The position numbers and the translations under genes were made by a program. Below the pieces are notes generated by a model. That model was given only the letters and a program-made list of their open reading frames with translations, ran no database searches and was not told where the DNA came from. Below are positions 43,000 to 52,560 of a stretch of 64,000 nt of DNA, in pieces. The DNA comes from a virus: IMG/VR virus record IMGVR_UViG_3300028394_002011; one strand, given 5' to 3'. Numbering within the stretch: the stretch's first letter is position 1; each line of letters opens with the position of its first letter.

Positions 43000-45588
43000 T
43001 TATGGTTTATCTGAAAATACGTTATATCCAGAGCCGTATCCAAAGCTGGTTTTTGGTCCTGTTTGGGTTTCCGGTGCACCGCCAAATGCATCAAGGAATT
43101 GCTGAGAACTAGTGGTCAATCCATTGCTTACTAGAAAGTTAGTCCAATAAGCAACGCCGCTGGATTCTGGTCGACGATACAATTGATATCTAGTGCCGCC
43201 GTCTGATACTGTAAAGGTACCATTTCCTGCATAGAAAGAAATCACACTAGCGGCAACACTTTGGGATGCACCAAATTCTTGCGCAAAACCATTAGACAAC
43301 GTATATGGTGTATATGTAGCATTAGCAGGAACATATATAGCAGTGCTGTAAGAATTATAGCCGGATGCTGATACAGTTACATACACATATCCAGCATCAT
43401 GTGGTCCGTTAAATCCAACTATTGCATTGTTTATGTCGCCACTAAATGTACCAGAATTGCCTTGGCCAAAACCTGACTGTATGCTAAGGCCAGTACTTAC
43501 AGACCAAGATTGTGTAGCGGGCCCGTTGTTGTCTTTGAAAATCTGTATGTAATAGGCTTTTGTTTGGAAAGGAGTGACTGGAATTGTGTAATTATAGTAC
43601 GGCCCAACTGCGCCAGCAGCCAATGTTGGAGTTGGTGCGGGAGGATCAGGCGGTGGAGGCGGTGGAGGTGTTTGACTAGTATCACCAATTGTTACTGTAG
43701 GACTGGTTGCTATAATCTGTCCAGTGACGCTGGTACTTCTAAGCGATACTGAAAAACTTTCAGGGCCTTCTGTAGTTGAGTCCGATGTAGGAGTTACTGT
43801 AAACTGTCCTGCATTTGAATTTATTGTAACCGTTCCGCCAACATTATTACTAAAATCTGCATTCGTACTTGTATTGTTGTTAATAGTCCAATATAATACA
43901 GTTCCGTTAGCCACACGCGAAGTGGTAACATAAAATATTAGGCCGTTGCCTTCGTTGACACTGTACACCGATGGGGCTACATCGTAAGTTGGTACTAATG
44001 GAGTGGTACTAGCATCATTTATTGTCACTGTACTGCTGGTTACTAATAACGGTCCGTTTACGCTATCAGAATGTAATTCCAAAATAAGAGTTTCGGGGCC
44101 TTCTGTTGTAAGATCAGCAGTTGCCGATCGTGTAATACTACCAGTTCCATTACTTATAACAACAGTTCCGTCGTTGACACTATTTGGAAAATCAGTACTG
44201 TTAGTAGTGCCTACATTAATCCAATATAGTACAGTACCTGTAGGAACCCCGGTTGTAGTAATAGTAAAAATAACAGGTAATCCTTCATCTTGAGAAAGAA
44301 CATTTGGTGTTATTGAATAACTAATAGGAGTTAATGATGTATCGTTGATTGTTACTGTATCAGCTGTTGCTACCAGAATACCTGTAACAGATCCAGTTAA
44401 CAATTGTAAAATAATAGTTTCAGTACTTTCTGTTATTAAGTCTGAACGTATTTGTCTAGTTATAGTACCAATATCAGCTGTTATAGTAACAGTTCCTGAA
44501 TTGTTTCCATCAGTAAAATCTGATGCTGTAGAAGATCCTAAATTTTTCCAATATAATACAGTGCCGTTTGAAACGTTATCGGTACTAACCGTATAAGTAA
44601 CTGTACTACCTTCATTTACTAAGGTAGCACTAGGTCGTATGCTGTAAGACGGCGGAGGTGTAGAATATGCTGAAGAATATGTCCATGCAGTTCCACTAAA
44701 TTGTGTTTGCGGATATGCAACAGCTACGTTTGCGCCAGTAGCAATATACATCTGACAAAAACTATTTAAAGTTCCAAGAACTGGCTCAAATACTCTATAG
44801 CCACCGTCGTTACCAGCATCTGTATAACTCCAAGTTGGAGTAAGTATCAGTGCTGATCCACCTGATATTCTTGCATATAAATCATATTGATTAGGAGTAT
44901 ATTGATTGCCAGCTTCAACTAATTTACTAAAAATCAATTGGTTAGTAGAAGTTAAATTAACAAAACCAATGTTAGTAGCAGGCGTTCCTGTTCCAGTATT
45001 GGTAGTTGTTGAATTTGACAACTTTATTATCCCCATATTTCTTAATAATACTTCCCACGATTCATTGACTAACTTACTATCTCCGGTTGTGGCAAAATTA
45101 GTAAGCGAGGAACTAACTTGAAAATTTCCCCCGGCATTAAAAAACCAACGAAGATTATCTGCTGTTCCAAATTCTATAGTTATTGATTGGTCAACTGTGG
45201 AATTCCAACCTGAAGATCTGTTTGAAGTTATTAGAGTTACAAAGCTAGCTTCGCCGCTAGGCGGGGTGATAGTTCTATTATTTCTAATTAGATTTGCCAT
45301 GCTCAAATATGCCGCACGGTCTGCTTCAGTTAATTTAATATCAAGTGTAGGAAGACCCAAATTTCCAGATTCATCTACACCACTTTGATGCTGTCTAGCT
45401 TTAAGGAGATCGTTTCTTAAAGAATTCCACTGGGAAACGGTGACAATAGAATATTGGGCAACTTGACTACTAGTAACTGTTTGTCCGTAGCCGGAGTCGC
45501 CTGAGCCAGCGCCAAGCACACCATTTAATATAGATTGTATTTGATTGTAATCTAAATATTCTACTTTAGATCCGACGCCTGCTGCCAT
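43000..45588 (-). CDS. virion fibre / receptor-binding candidate with 3 Calx-beta-like repeats
   Basis: N-terminus is paralogous to 45659..46540; three ~107-aa repeats (Y-x-I-x-P...NEG...GTVLYW...DF...D-x-x-TE-x-x-E...VTI-x-D); poly-Pro linker; C-terminal LYRRPESSGVAYW. Confidence 0.75.
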   Translation of the reverse strand: MAAGVGSKVEYLDYNQIQSILNGVLGAGSGDSGYGQTVTSSQVAQYSIVTVSQWNSLRNDLLKARQHQSGVDESGNLGLPTLDIKLTEADRAAYLSMANLIRNNRTITPPSGEASFVTLITSNRSSGWNSTVDQSITIEFGTADNLRWFFNAGGNFQVSSSLTNFATTGDSKLVNESWEVLLRNMGIIKLSNSTTTNTGTGTPATNIGFVNLTSTNQLIFSKLVEAGNQYTPNQYDLYARISGGSALILTPTWSYTDAGNDGGYRVFEPVLGTLNSFCQMYIATGANVAVAYPQTQFSGTAWTYSSAYSTPPPSYSIRPSATLVNEGSTVTYTVSTDNVSNGTVLYWKNLGSSTASDFTDGNNSGTVTITADIGTITRQIRSDLITESTETIILQLLTGSVTGILVATADTVTINDTSLTPISYSITPNVLSQDEGLPVIFTITTTGVPTGTVLYWINVGTTNSTDFPNSVNDGTVVISNGTGSITRSATADLTTEGPETLILELHSDSVNGPLLVTSSTVTINDASTTPLVPTYDVAPSVYSVNEGNGLIFYVTTSRVANGTVLYWTINNNTSTNADFSNNVGGTVTINSNAGQFTVTPTSDSTTEGPESFSVSLRSTSVTGQIIATSPTVTIGDTSQTPPPPPPPDPPAPTPTLAAGAVGPYYNYTIPVTPFQTKAYYIQIFKDNNGPATQSWSVSTGLSIQSGFGQGNSGTFSGDINNAIVGFNGPHDAGYVYVTVSASGYNSYSTAIYVPANATYTPYTLSNGFAQEFGASQSVAASVISFYAGNGTFTVSDGGTRYQLYRRPESSGVAYWTNFLVSNGLTTSSQQFLDAFGGAPETQTGPKTSFGYGSGYNVFSDKP
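45458..45492. repeat. 35-bp identical direct repeat, copy 1
   Basis: gcaacttgactactagtaactgtttgtccgtagcc, also at 46413..46447. Confidence 0.9.
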
Positions 45589-45609
45589 TATTGTCCCCTA
45601 TTATATGTG

Positions 45610-45617
45610 TATTTATT
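45610..45617 (-). promoter_or_regulatory. T4-like late promoter (AATAAATA)
   Basis: Minus strand, 22 nt above ATG 45588; GGGG SD. Confidence 0.55.
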
Positions 45618-45658
45618 ATCAAAGTATTAGTGTTAAAAATACTTTATCTTACACATTT

Positions 45659-46540
45659 TTATAAATTAGTCGTGGAACTTGTCGGAGGTGTTACCGAAAC
45701 GTTGACTCCGCTAGCAGTATATGCTTGAACCAAACTAGTTAATGTACCATCTGCTGGTTCAAAATTTCCATAATTTCCATCTTCTACATAACTCCAAGTT
45801 GGAGTAAAAATAATGCTATTATTAGATTTTTTCACGTACAACTGATATTGATTAGGAGTATATTGGTTTCCTGCTTCAACTAGTTTAGTAAAAACCAGCT
45901 GATTTGTAGTGGTCAAATTATAAAAACCAATTGACTGAGCTGTTCCTGTTCCAGTACTAGTAGTTGAGTATGCATTAAAGCTAATAATTCCCATATTTGC
46001 TAGTAATGTAGCCCATGATTGATTAACCAATAAACTAATACCAGCAGAATATCCAGTCATTGAAGCACTAAATTTAATAGAACTGCCGCTATTAAAAAAA
46101 TATCTACTTTCATTTTCCGATGCAAAAGATACAGTTACTTGATGACTAATAGTAGTTGCCCATGGAGAAGTTCGGGTGACAGTTTGTAAATTTGTTAATG
46201 ACGCTTGATCACTAGGGGGTATTACTAATCTATTTGTCGTAATAGTATCAGAAAATGTGTTATAAGCTAATCTGTCAGATTCTTTTATACGAGTTGTAGT
46301 TGATGCAATAGATAATAAGCCGCTTTCATCTGTTGCAGTTTGATGTCTACGTGCTTTCAATAAATCATTTCTTAAAGCATTCCATTGAGCTACTGTAATT
46401 CTGTTTGTCCTAGCAACTTGACTACTAGTAACTGTTTGTCCGTAGCCATAGTCGCCCGAACCAGTACCTAATATATTGTTGACTTTAGATTGTATAGTAT
46501 TGTAATCAGTTGCTAAAACAGCAGTATTTACGCCAGCCAT
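45659..46540 (-). CDS. virion structural protein (short paralogue of the fibre N-terminus)
   Basis: GYGQTVTSSQV...QWNALRNDLLKAR...KLVEAGNQYTPNQY is shared with the 862-aa neighbour. Confidence 0.75.
   Translation of the reverse strand: MAGVNTAVLATDYNTIQSKVNNILGTGSGDYGYGQTVTSSQVARTNRITVAQWNALRNDLLKARRHQTATDESGLLSIASTTTRIKESDRLAYNTFSDTITTNRLVIPPSDQASLTNLQTVTRTSPWATTISHQVTVSFASENESRYFFNSGSSIKFSASMTGYSAGISLLVNQSWATLLANMGIISFNAYSTTSTGTGTAQSIGFYNLTTTNQLVFTKLVEAGNQYTPNQYQLYVKKSNNSIIFTPTWSYVEDGNYGNFEPADGTLTSLVQAYTASGVNVSVTPPTSSTTNL
46413..46447. repeat. 35-bp identical direct repeat, copy 2
   Basis: Identical to 45458..45492. Confidence 0.9.
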
Positions 46541-46550
46541 GAGAATTCCT

Positions 46551-48026
46551 TTATAATATTATGCATTCAACTAATTTAACTAAAGGATCTGTATTACTTT
46601 CTAATGCTATAGCAAACGTGTCTGGGTTGCCGGCACCAGCGGACTGCGCTGTTCCGTTTAAGCCAGCAACTAAATGCTGACCTTTAACAATTGGTCCAGT
46701 AACTTTTACTGGAACTCTGCCCTTTAATGCAATGACTGTTCCGTTTTCTAAATCTTTATTCATTAAATAGGCAGGATTTGCAGACACTGGGCCAATTGCT
46801 CGGCTACCAATAGTACAAGCAGTAACTTCTTTTTCGCCTCCAACCATTAAAACTGTACCAACTTCATACTCAGCATCAGCAAGATATTTTTCTGCTAAGT
46901 CAGCATAGTTAGCTTGTGTTGCTACTCCTGAAAATAAAATTGCTGAAAGTGTTCCTACTCCATCTCTAGCGGCAATAGTGTTAATGCCCGGATCTGTACT
47001 TGCAGATCTATAAGTACCGTTAACAGTTAATTTATCTGCTTGTTCAACAGTAGCGTATATATAGTTTGCGTATACGTCTTTAAATTTTAAAGTAGGAGAT
47101 CCTAAATTAGAAGTAAGGGTTAGTCCTGGTACAATATCAGTACCTACTAGTTTCATTGGAGTTTTTTCAGCACTTGAAACAGTTGTTTTAAAAACAATAG
47201 TATCACCTTGCTGATTATAAATTGTTGGAGTAGTAGCACTGTCATTAAAAACACGTAATTTAACAACTGGATTACCAACTGTATATCCTACATCAGCAAA
47301 ATTAATTGAAGAGGTAAAACTTGTTGCACCGGCCCGTACAAATTCACCAATCTCATATCCACCTAATCTTTCCGAGTTTGTTGCTGTTCCAAAGAATCTA
47401 TGACCACTGGTAGTTTGGCCAAGTTGCGAACCTTCTGAATTAGTGTAGCATAAGGTAACACCTTGACGAATTTTTGTAAACCCAGTAATTGCATTAACAG
47501 CGGCATTTAACGTGAAATCTGCATCAGAACTGATAGTAAAAATAGTTTGTCCGTTGGAAATACCTTGTATAACTGCATGAGGAGCACCATTAGTGTCTGT
47601 TAAACTAACTGATCGCATTTGTGTTGTTGCTGATCCAGCAACACCTTGTGGGCCAATCAATTCAAATCTAGATCCAGTCCATGCATGTAGCTGGGTATTT
47701 GATTTATCCCACCAAAAATCGCCTTCTGATAACCCAGTTGGAGGTGTGGTAGAAACTTCGGCACCACCAGTTGTTTTAAATTTTGTACCGTCGTAAAATT
47801 TTAATTTGTTGTTAGAACTATCAAACCATACCTGTCCTGAAAGTGGACGTGGGGGTTGGGTAGGACTAGCAAAGTTTTCAAGTAAAAATACAAGATTTTC
47901 ATTTTGTATTTCACCGTACCCTGCGTAATTTTTACCAATTAATTTAACATCGAGCGTGGTATCAATAGTGCCGTCAGCAACTACTGTAATTTGTGCTCCA
48001 TTATATCTGTTTATAGTGTATGCCAT
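46551..48026 (-). CDS. tail fibre/baseplate-associated protein
   Basis: N-terminal LIGKNYAGYG...ENLVFLLENFA...GQVWFD; C-terminal ADLAEKY...IALKGRVPVKV intramolecular-chaperone-like tail. Confidence 0.8.
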   Translation of the reverse strand: MAYTINRYNGAQITVVADGTIDTTLDVKLIGKNYAGYGEIQNENLVFLLENFASPTQPPRPLSGQVWFDSSNNKLKFYDGTKFKTTGGAEVSTTPPTGLSEGDFWWDKSNTQLHAWTGSRFELIGPQGVAGSATTQMRSVSLTDTNGAPHAVIQGISNGQTIFTISSDADFTLNAAVNAITGFTKIRQGVTLCYTNSEGSQLGQTTSGHRFFGTATNSERLGGYEIGEFVRAGATSFTSSINFADVGYTVGNPVVKLRVFNDSATTPTIYNQQGDTIVFKTTVSSAEKTPMKLVGTDIVPGLTLTSNLGSPTLKFKDVYANYIYATVEQADKLTVNGTYRSASTDPGINTIAARDGVGTLSAILFSGVATQANYADLAEKYLADAEYEVGTVLMVGGEKEVTACTIGSRAIGPVSANPAYLMNKDLENGTVIALKGRVPVKVTGPIVKGQHLVAGLNGTAQSAGAGNPDTFAIALESNTDPLVKLVECIIL

Positions 48027-48048
48027 TGCGCTCTTTTCCTTATTTCAG

Positions 48049-48056
48049 TATTTATG
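48049..48056 (-). promoter_or_regulatory. T4-like late promoter (CATAAATA)
   Basis: Minus strand, intergenic, AAGGA SD then ATG 48026. Confidence 0.55.
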
Positions 48057-48067
48057 CTAATTTGCTG

Positions 48068-49750
48068 TTATAGCGGGCCGCCGTACTGCCATTCTTTTGT
48101 ATCGCCAACAGTTGGTGTTAGGTTAAATTGCTTATATCGACTGTTTAAATCAGTTCCAGCTTCTGGTTTATCTGTACAAATTAAACGTAATTTTGTACCA
48201 GATTCGTGTTCAGTTGGTGGAAATATCTTTGCAAGAATTCCTGTAGCAATTTGCGCTGGTGTTAATCCAGTAGTGTCTGCACTTAATCCTAGCGAAGCTA
48301 TTCGTACTGTATAATCTACATATGATTTGTTGGCGCCGTGCCCTGGGTCGGTAGGAGTGGCTAAATTTGAAATATTAGAATTATTTACACTCACCGTTCC
48401 AGAACCGTTAGGACTTAATACAATATTAGCGTTGGCTGTTGTGCTGGATATTGTAGTATTATTAAAATTTAGATTACTAACTTGTAGGCTAGTTAACGTG
48501 CCAACGCTGGTTAAACCTGGAGCACTAGCTACTGTTGTACCTAATGATGTTTGACTTAATACATCAAATCCTGCAATTCTATAAGTTTTATTAGTTGCTA
48601 AATTAAAATTTTCAGAAGACGACCACGTTGACCCAGTGCTGTTCCAAATAAGAGTTTTATCGCCATCAGTGCCACCTTCAACTGAGATTCCGCCGCCGTT
48701 GGCTGTAGAATTTGAAGGCGATGCAACTTTTGCTAATTCAATTAATTTGTCGGCTATTTCAACATTGGTTGTATTAACTGAAGTTAAGTTACCTTCCACT
48801 GTTAGATTGCCACGTATACGTGCATCGCCATTAACATCTAATGTTGCTGTTGGCAATTCTGTATAAACACCCATACGTTGTGTAGTAGCATTAATAAAAA
48901 ACGCAGTGGTTAGTCCACTGCCACTTAGCAAATTAACTCCAAAGTTTTGATTACTTGTATTAGATTTAAACTGAAATATAGACGTTGTAGCATTAATTTC
49001 AGTACTTGCACCTTCTCCAAGAACTAATGGGACTGCATTTTGTATAGATATTGTTCCTGTTGTAGCAGAGTCGTCTAGTGTAGACAAAAAATTGGCAGCA
49101 GTTCTTGGAGTACCATCTGCGGCCAACAACGAGTCTGCTTGGGATGTTGGCACTGCAAATTTTACTCCAGATAATGTACTAACATTGAATCCAGATGTAA
49201 TGTTTCCTGAAAACCCAGCAATTGCCGAACCTGGAGTAAAAGAATCTTTACTAAAAATTCCTAACAACGACTGTGCTACATATAATTTTAAAATAGTATG
49301 CGAAACACCAACAGTATCAAGTATGTCTTCAGCATTAAGTCCTGTTATTCCTTGAGCAGATGTATAAATTGGGCCTGCAAGTTTTGTTGATAATCCGTCA
49401 TTAAAATATAATTGTTGTCTAGTACTGTCAATCCAAATATCTCCTGCTGAGATTGAACTTGGAACAGTTTTAGAAATAATAGTGCCGCCGCTTACTTTAA
49501 AATTGTTTCCGTCGTACACTTTTAATCTATTTTCAGTAGTATCAAACCATAATTGTCCAGTTAGCGGATACGAAGGTTGTGAAGTACTTGCAAAATTTTC
49601 TAATAATTTGACTAAATTTTCATTAATAAAAATACCGTAACCTGCAAGATTTTTTCCAATAAGGGTAAGGTCTGTTGAAGTTTGATCCAAACTTCCGTCA
49701 ACAATTTGTGTTATTGTTGTGCCATCTGTTTTTGTAATTGTGTAGCTCAT
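48068..49750 (-). CDS. tail fibre protein
   Basis: Same N-terminal module; LDVNGDARIRGNLTVEG beta-helix segment; HGANKSYVD fibre motif. Confidence 0.8.
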   Translation of the reverse strand: MSYTITKTDGTTITQIVDGSLDQTSTDLTLIGKNLAGYGIFINENLVKLLENFASTSQPSYPLTGQLWFDTTENRLKVYDGNNFKVSGGTIISKTVPSSISAGDIWIDSTRQQLYFNDGLSTKLAGPIYTSAQGITGLNAEDILDTVGVSHTILKLYVAQSLLGIFSKDSFTPGSAIAGFSGNITSGFNVSTLSGVKFAVPTSQADSLLAADGTPRTAANFLSTLDDSATTGTISIQNAVPLVLGEGASTEINATTSIFQFKSNTSNQNFGVNLLSGSGLTTAFFINATTQRMGVYTELPTATLDVNGDARIRGNLTVEGNLTSVNTTNVEIADKLIELAKVASPSNSTANGGGISVEGGTDGDKTLIWNSTGSTWSSSENFNLATNKTYRIAGFDVLSQTSLGTTVASAPGLTSVGTLTSLQVSNLNFNNTTISSTTANANIVLSPNGSGTVSVNNSNISNLATPTDPGHGANKSYVDYTVRIASLGLSADTTGLTPAQIATGILAKIFPPTEHESGTKLRLICTDKPEAGTDLNSRYKQFNLTPTVGDTKEWQYGGPL

Positions 49751-51873
49751 TATAGGACACCAGTAAAAATTATATAATTTATAGTTGTATAAGGATTCAT
49801 TATTGTAACTGCTGATCCTAGCGTACTTGAAATGATTCCACCACTATTTGGTAACCCAGAACCAGTACTTGAATTTGGAAGACCTAATCCTGGAACTGCT
49901 GCCGTGTCACTAACACCGCTAGGTAATCCTGCCGCATAGTACTGAGCAGACGTACTGCTAAGATTATGTTTATGGTCTGGTAAATTATTAACTGACAACG
50001 TAACTGTTTGAGATCCAGATCCTGTACCAACTATGTCAGCTGTAACGTCAGTAACTCTATTAGCTGAGCCGCCGCCAGCATCGATCAAAATACTAGCATC
50101 GTCTTTTGATGGAATCCTCTGGCCGTTGTCCATACTGTCTCTACCTAGAGGGAATCGACCTCTCAAATCAGGTAATGCAAATGTTGCGGCGCCTAGTAGT
50201 AAGGTGGCTGATTTATATGTGTATCCTATAACTCCATATAGTGCAGGGTAATCAGCTGTTTTGACTTCGCTACCATCACATAACAAATAGCCTGGTGGCA
50301 CTGTTGTACCTGCATATGGCATTATTACACCAATTGGAACTGTTGCTACATGACTTAACAATGTTTCCTTAGTCATTCGTAACAAGTTACTACTACCACT
50401 GCGATAAACTAAAAGTTGATCCGATAATAATGAATCCGTTGCCGCTGGCTTATTACTAATAAAATTTTGACTAATTGTTGTTGTAAATGTTGCAGTTCCT
50501 AACGAGCTTTGTCCTGTAAAACTGATATTATCACTACTAACATCTCCTTGCATACTAAAAACAGTTGGGCTAGCTAGTCGTGCGGCCGATCCGCTAATAC
50601 TACCTTGTAATGTTCCGGTAAATGTTCCAGAAAAATTTCCTACAAAAGATTCAGCATATATATTTCTAAAAGATGCAGTACTAGAACCAATATCAAATAT
50701 TCCAGTTGTAGATGGCAATATTACGGAACCTGGAGATTCTAGTCCTGTAGTAGGATCTAATGTATTTAAATATAGTTTACCGTTAATTATTGCATCTTTA
50801 CCGACTCTAATATTTTTACTTAAAGAAATACCGCCTGTTGTTTTAATACTTCCAATAGTTAACGATGTTGCATCAGTAGTACTCGTTACTGACAAGTCGC
50901 CACTAGAAGTAAATGTACCAGCAACATCTAAAGTAGCAGTAGGAGAAGTATTATTTGATCCAATACCCACTCGAGCCAATGCATCAATATGTAAAACAGT
51001 AACCGGAACACTATTATTGTTTAATCTAAAATCAACACTATCTCCACTAGACTTTGAATATAAAACTGTGCTAGTGCCATCTCGTCCAATATTAAAGCTG
51101 GAATTGCTACCAATGGTCAAACCGCCGTCAGCTCGGATTGTTAAAGGAAAGTTACTAGTACTAGATGTGTCAGACCTTAGAAAATTTGCAGAGGGTATCG
51201 AAACACCTGAAACTAATAATGCATCAGAGTTACTGGCAGTTCCCCATATTCTTGATAAACTTGTAGTGTTAGTCGAATCAGTTGTGCTAAGATTAAAACC
51301 TTGATTAATGGTTGTAAAGCCAACAATTGTTGATTTTGGAGTAAATGTCTCTTTGCTGATAATTGCCAACTGATAGTTGTTGGCGTATAAAGATATCACA
51401 CTGTGAGTTACGTTGGATGTGTCAACAATTGTGTCAACTACCGTGCCTGTTAAACTGCCAGAACTGAATTGTGGACCAACCAACAGCCAATTACTACCAG
51501 AGAACACATATAACTGTGCTGTAGTAGTGTTGACCCACAAGTCTCCCGGATTGCTGTTAGCGGCTAAAGGGGCCGCGCCTGCTTTTTTTACAGATCCCGC
51601 CGATGTCCAAATTGTTCCGTCAAACACTTTTAACAAACTTACACCGCTGGTATTATCATACCATAATTGTCCTTCAACTGGATTTGCCGGGGCTGTGTTA
51701 TTTGCAAAATTTTCTAATAAATGCAAAAAGTTGTTTGCAACAACTGGAGCATAACCTGCATAATTTTTTCCTACAAACGTTAAACTTGTTTGTGAATTTA
51801 AAGTTTGATCTGCTACAGTTAGCGCAGGTTTTGCAGGATTAGTTGTTTCGGTGAATGTAACTTGATAACTCAT
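49750..51873 (-). CDS. short tail fibre with phage tail-collar domain
   Basis: Same N-terminal module; collar PIGVIMPYAG...GYLLCDG...YPALYGVIG...FALPDLRGR; LPDHKH. Confidence 0.88.
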   Translation of the reverse strand: MSYQVTFTETTNPAKPALTVADQTLNSQTSLTFVGKNYAGYAPVVANNFLHLLENFANNTAPANPVEGQLWYDNTSGVSLLKVFDGTIWTSAGSVKKAGAAPLAANSNPGDLWVNTTTAQLYVFSGSNWLLVGPQFSSGSLTGTVVDTIVDTSNVTHSVISLYANNYQLAIISKETFTPKSTIVGFTTINQGFNLSTTDSTNTTSLSRIWGTASNSDALLVSGVSIPSANFLRSDTSSTSNFPLTIRADGGLTIGSNSSFNIGRDGTSTVLYSKSSGDSVDFRLNNNSVPVTVLHIDALARVGIGSNNTSPTATLDVAGTFTSSGDLSVTSTTDATSLTIGSIKTTGGISLSKNIRVGKDAIINGKLYLNTLDPTTGLESPGSVILPSTTGIFDIGSSTASFRNIYAESFVGNFSGTFTGTLQGSISGSAARLASPTVFSMQGDVSSDNISFTGQSSLGTATFTTTISQNFISNKPAATDSLLSDQLLVYRSGSSNLLRMTKETLLSHVATVPIGVIMPYAGTTVPPGYLLCDGSEVKTADYPALYGVIGYTYKSATLLLGAATFALPDLRGRFPLGRDSMDNGQRIPSKDDASILIDAGGGSANRVTDVTADIVGTGSGSQTVTLSVNNLPDHKHNLSSTSAQYYAAGLPSGVSDTAAVPGLGLPNSSTGSGLPNSGGIISSTLGSAVTIMNPYTTINYIIFTGVL

Positions 51874-51876
51874 GTG

Positions 51877-52491
51877 TTATACTCCCACAATGCCAGTCAA
51901 ACTTTGTATCCGTACAGTGTAATCAATTTGAATTAATCGATTTAAAGATTTCTGTACAGGGTGAAAAATCACATGTGTCAACAACAAACTAGAGCCGCTG
52001 GCACTGTAAGATTTTAACCCTAGTTCATCAAACACAAATGAACCGTTTGCATCTGTTGTGTTATCAAAGGCCTGCTGTCCTGAAGTGTTCCCATCGCCGT
52101 AGTCTAATAAACAGGTTACAAATACATCTGTATAGTTTGTACCAGTAACGTGTCTAACTTCAATAAAGTTTCTGCTGGGGTCTTTGTTATTAACAGAATT
52201 TTGATTAACTATTTTCTGGAAAGTTTGATTGTATAAACTAGCATTGGATCCTGAACTGTTTGGAGTTAAGTATGTGATGATACCAGTTGGGTCAATGGCC
52301 GTTCCGCCGTTGCCGAATGCCATCTCGTACACAAATCCGTTACCGCTGTTTGCTATACTGTTAGCCAATGCTATACTGATGTTTTCATAATGAATAGCAT
52401 TACGCTTATTAATATAGACGGTTTTAGACTCAGGGTCCCATATTTTAATATGCCCTTCAATGTGGATTCCAGTTGTTTCTTGACTCTGCAT
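51877..52491 (-). CDS. baseplate/virion structural protein
   Basis: KRNAIH...MAFGNGG...FDELGL...HVIFHPVQKS; lies between the baseplate and fibre genes. Confidence 0.75.
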   Translation of the reverse strand: MQSQETTGIHIEGHIKIWDPESKTVYINKRNAIHYENISIALANSIANSGNGFVYEMAFGNGGTAIDPTGIITYLTPNSSGSNASLYNQTFQKIVNQNSVNNKDPSRNFIEVRHVTGTNYTDVFVTCLLDYGDGNTSGQQAFDNTTDANGSFVFDELGLKSYSASGSSLLLTHVIFHPVQKSLNRLIQIDYTVRIQSLTGIVGV

Positions 52492-52511
52492 AGTAGACTC
52501 TCTTTATATTG

Positions 52512-52519
52512 TATTTATC
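52512..52519 (-). promoter_or_regulatory. T4-like late promoter (GATAAATA)
   Basis: Minus strand, intergenic, GAGAG SD then ATG 52491. Confidence 0.6.
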
Positions 52520-52560
52520 AAGTATTATTATCTGCTAGTTTAATGTTATAAGCATTGAAT

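Noticed and set aside
45621-45645. AAAGTATT-9-AATACTTT inverted repeat between the fibre paralogues
   Set aside because: Nearly all A/T, with a weak stem and long loop; may be chance in AT-rich intergenic DNA.
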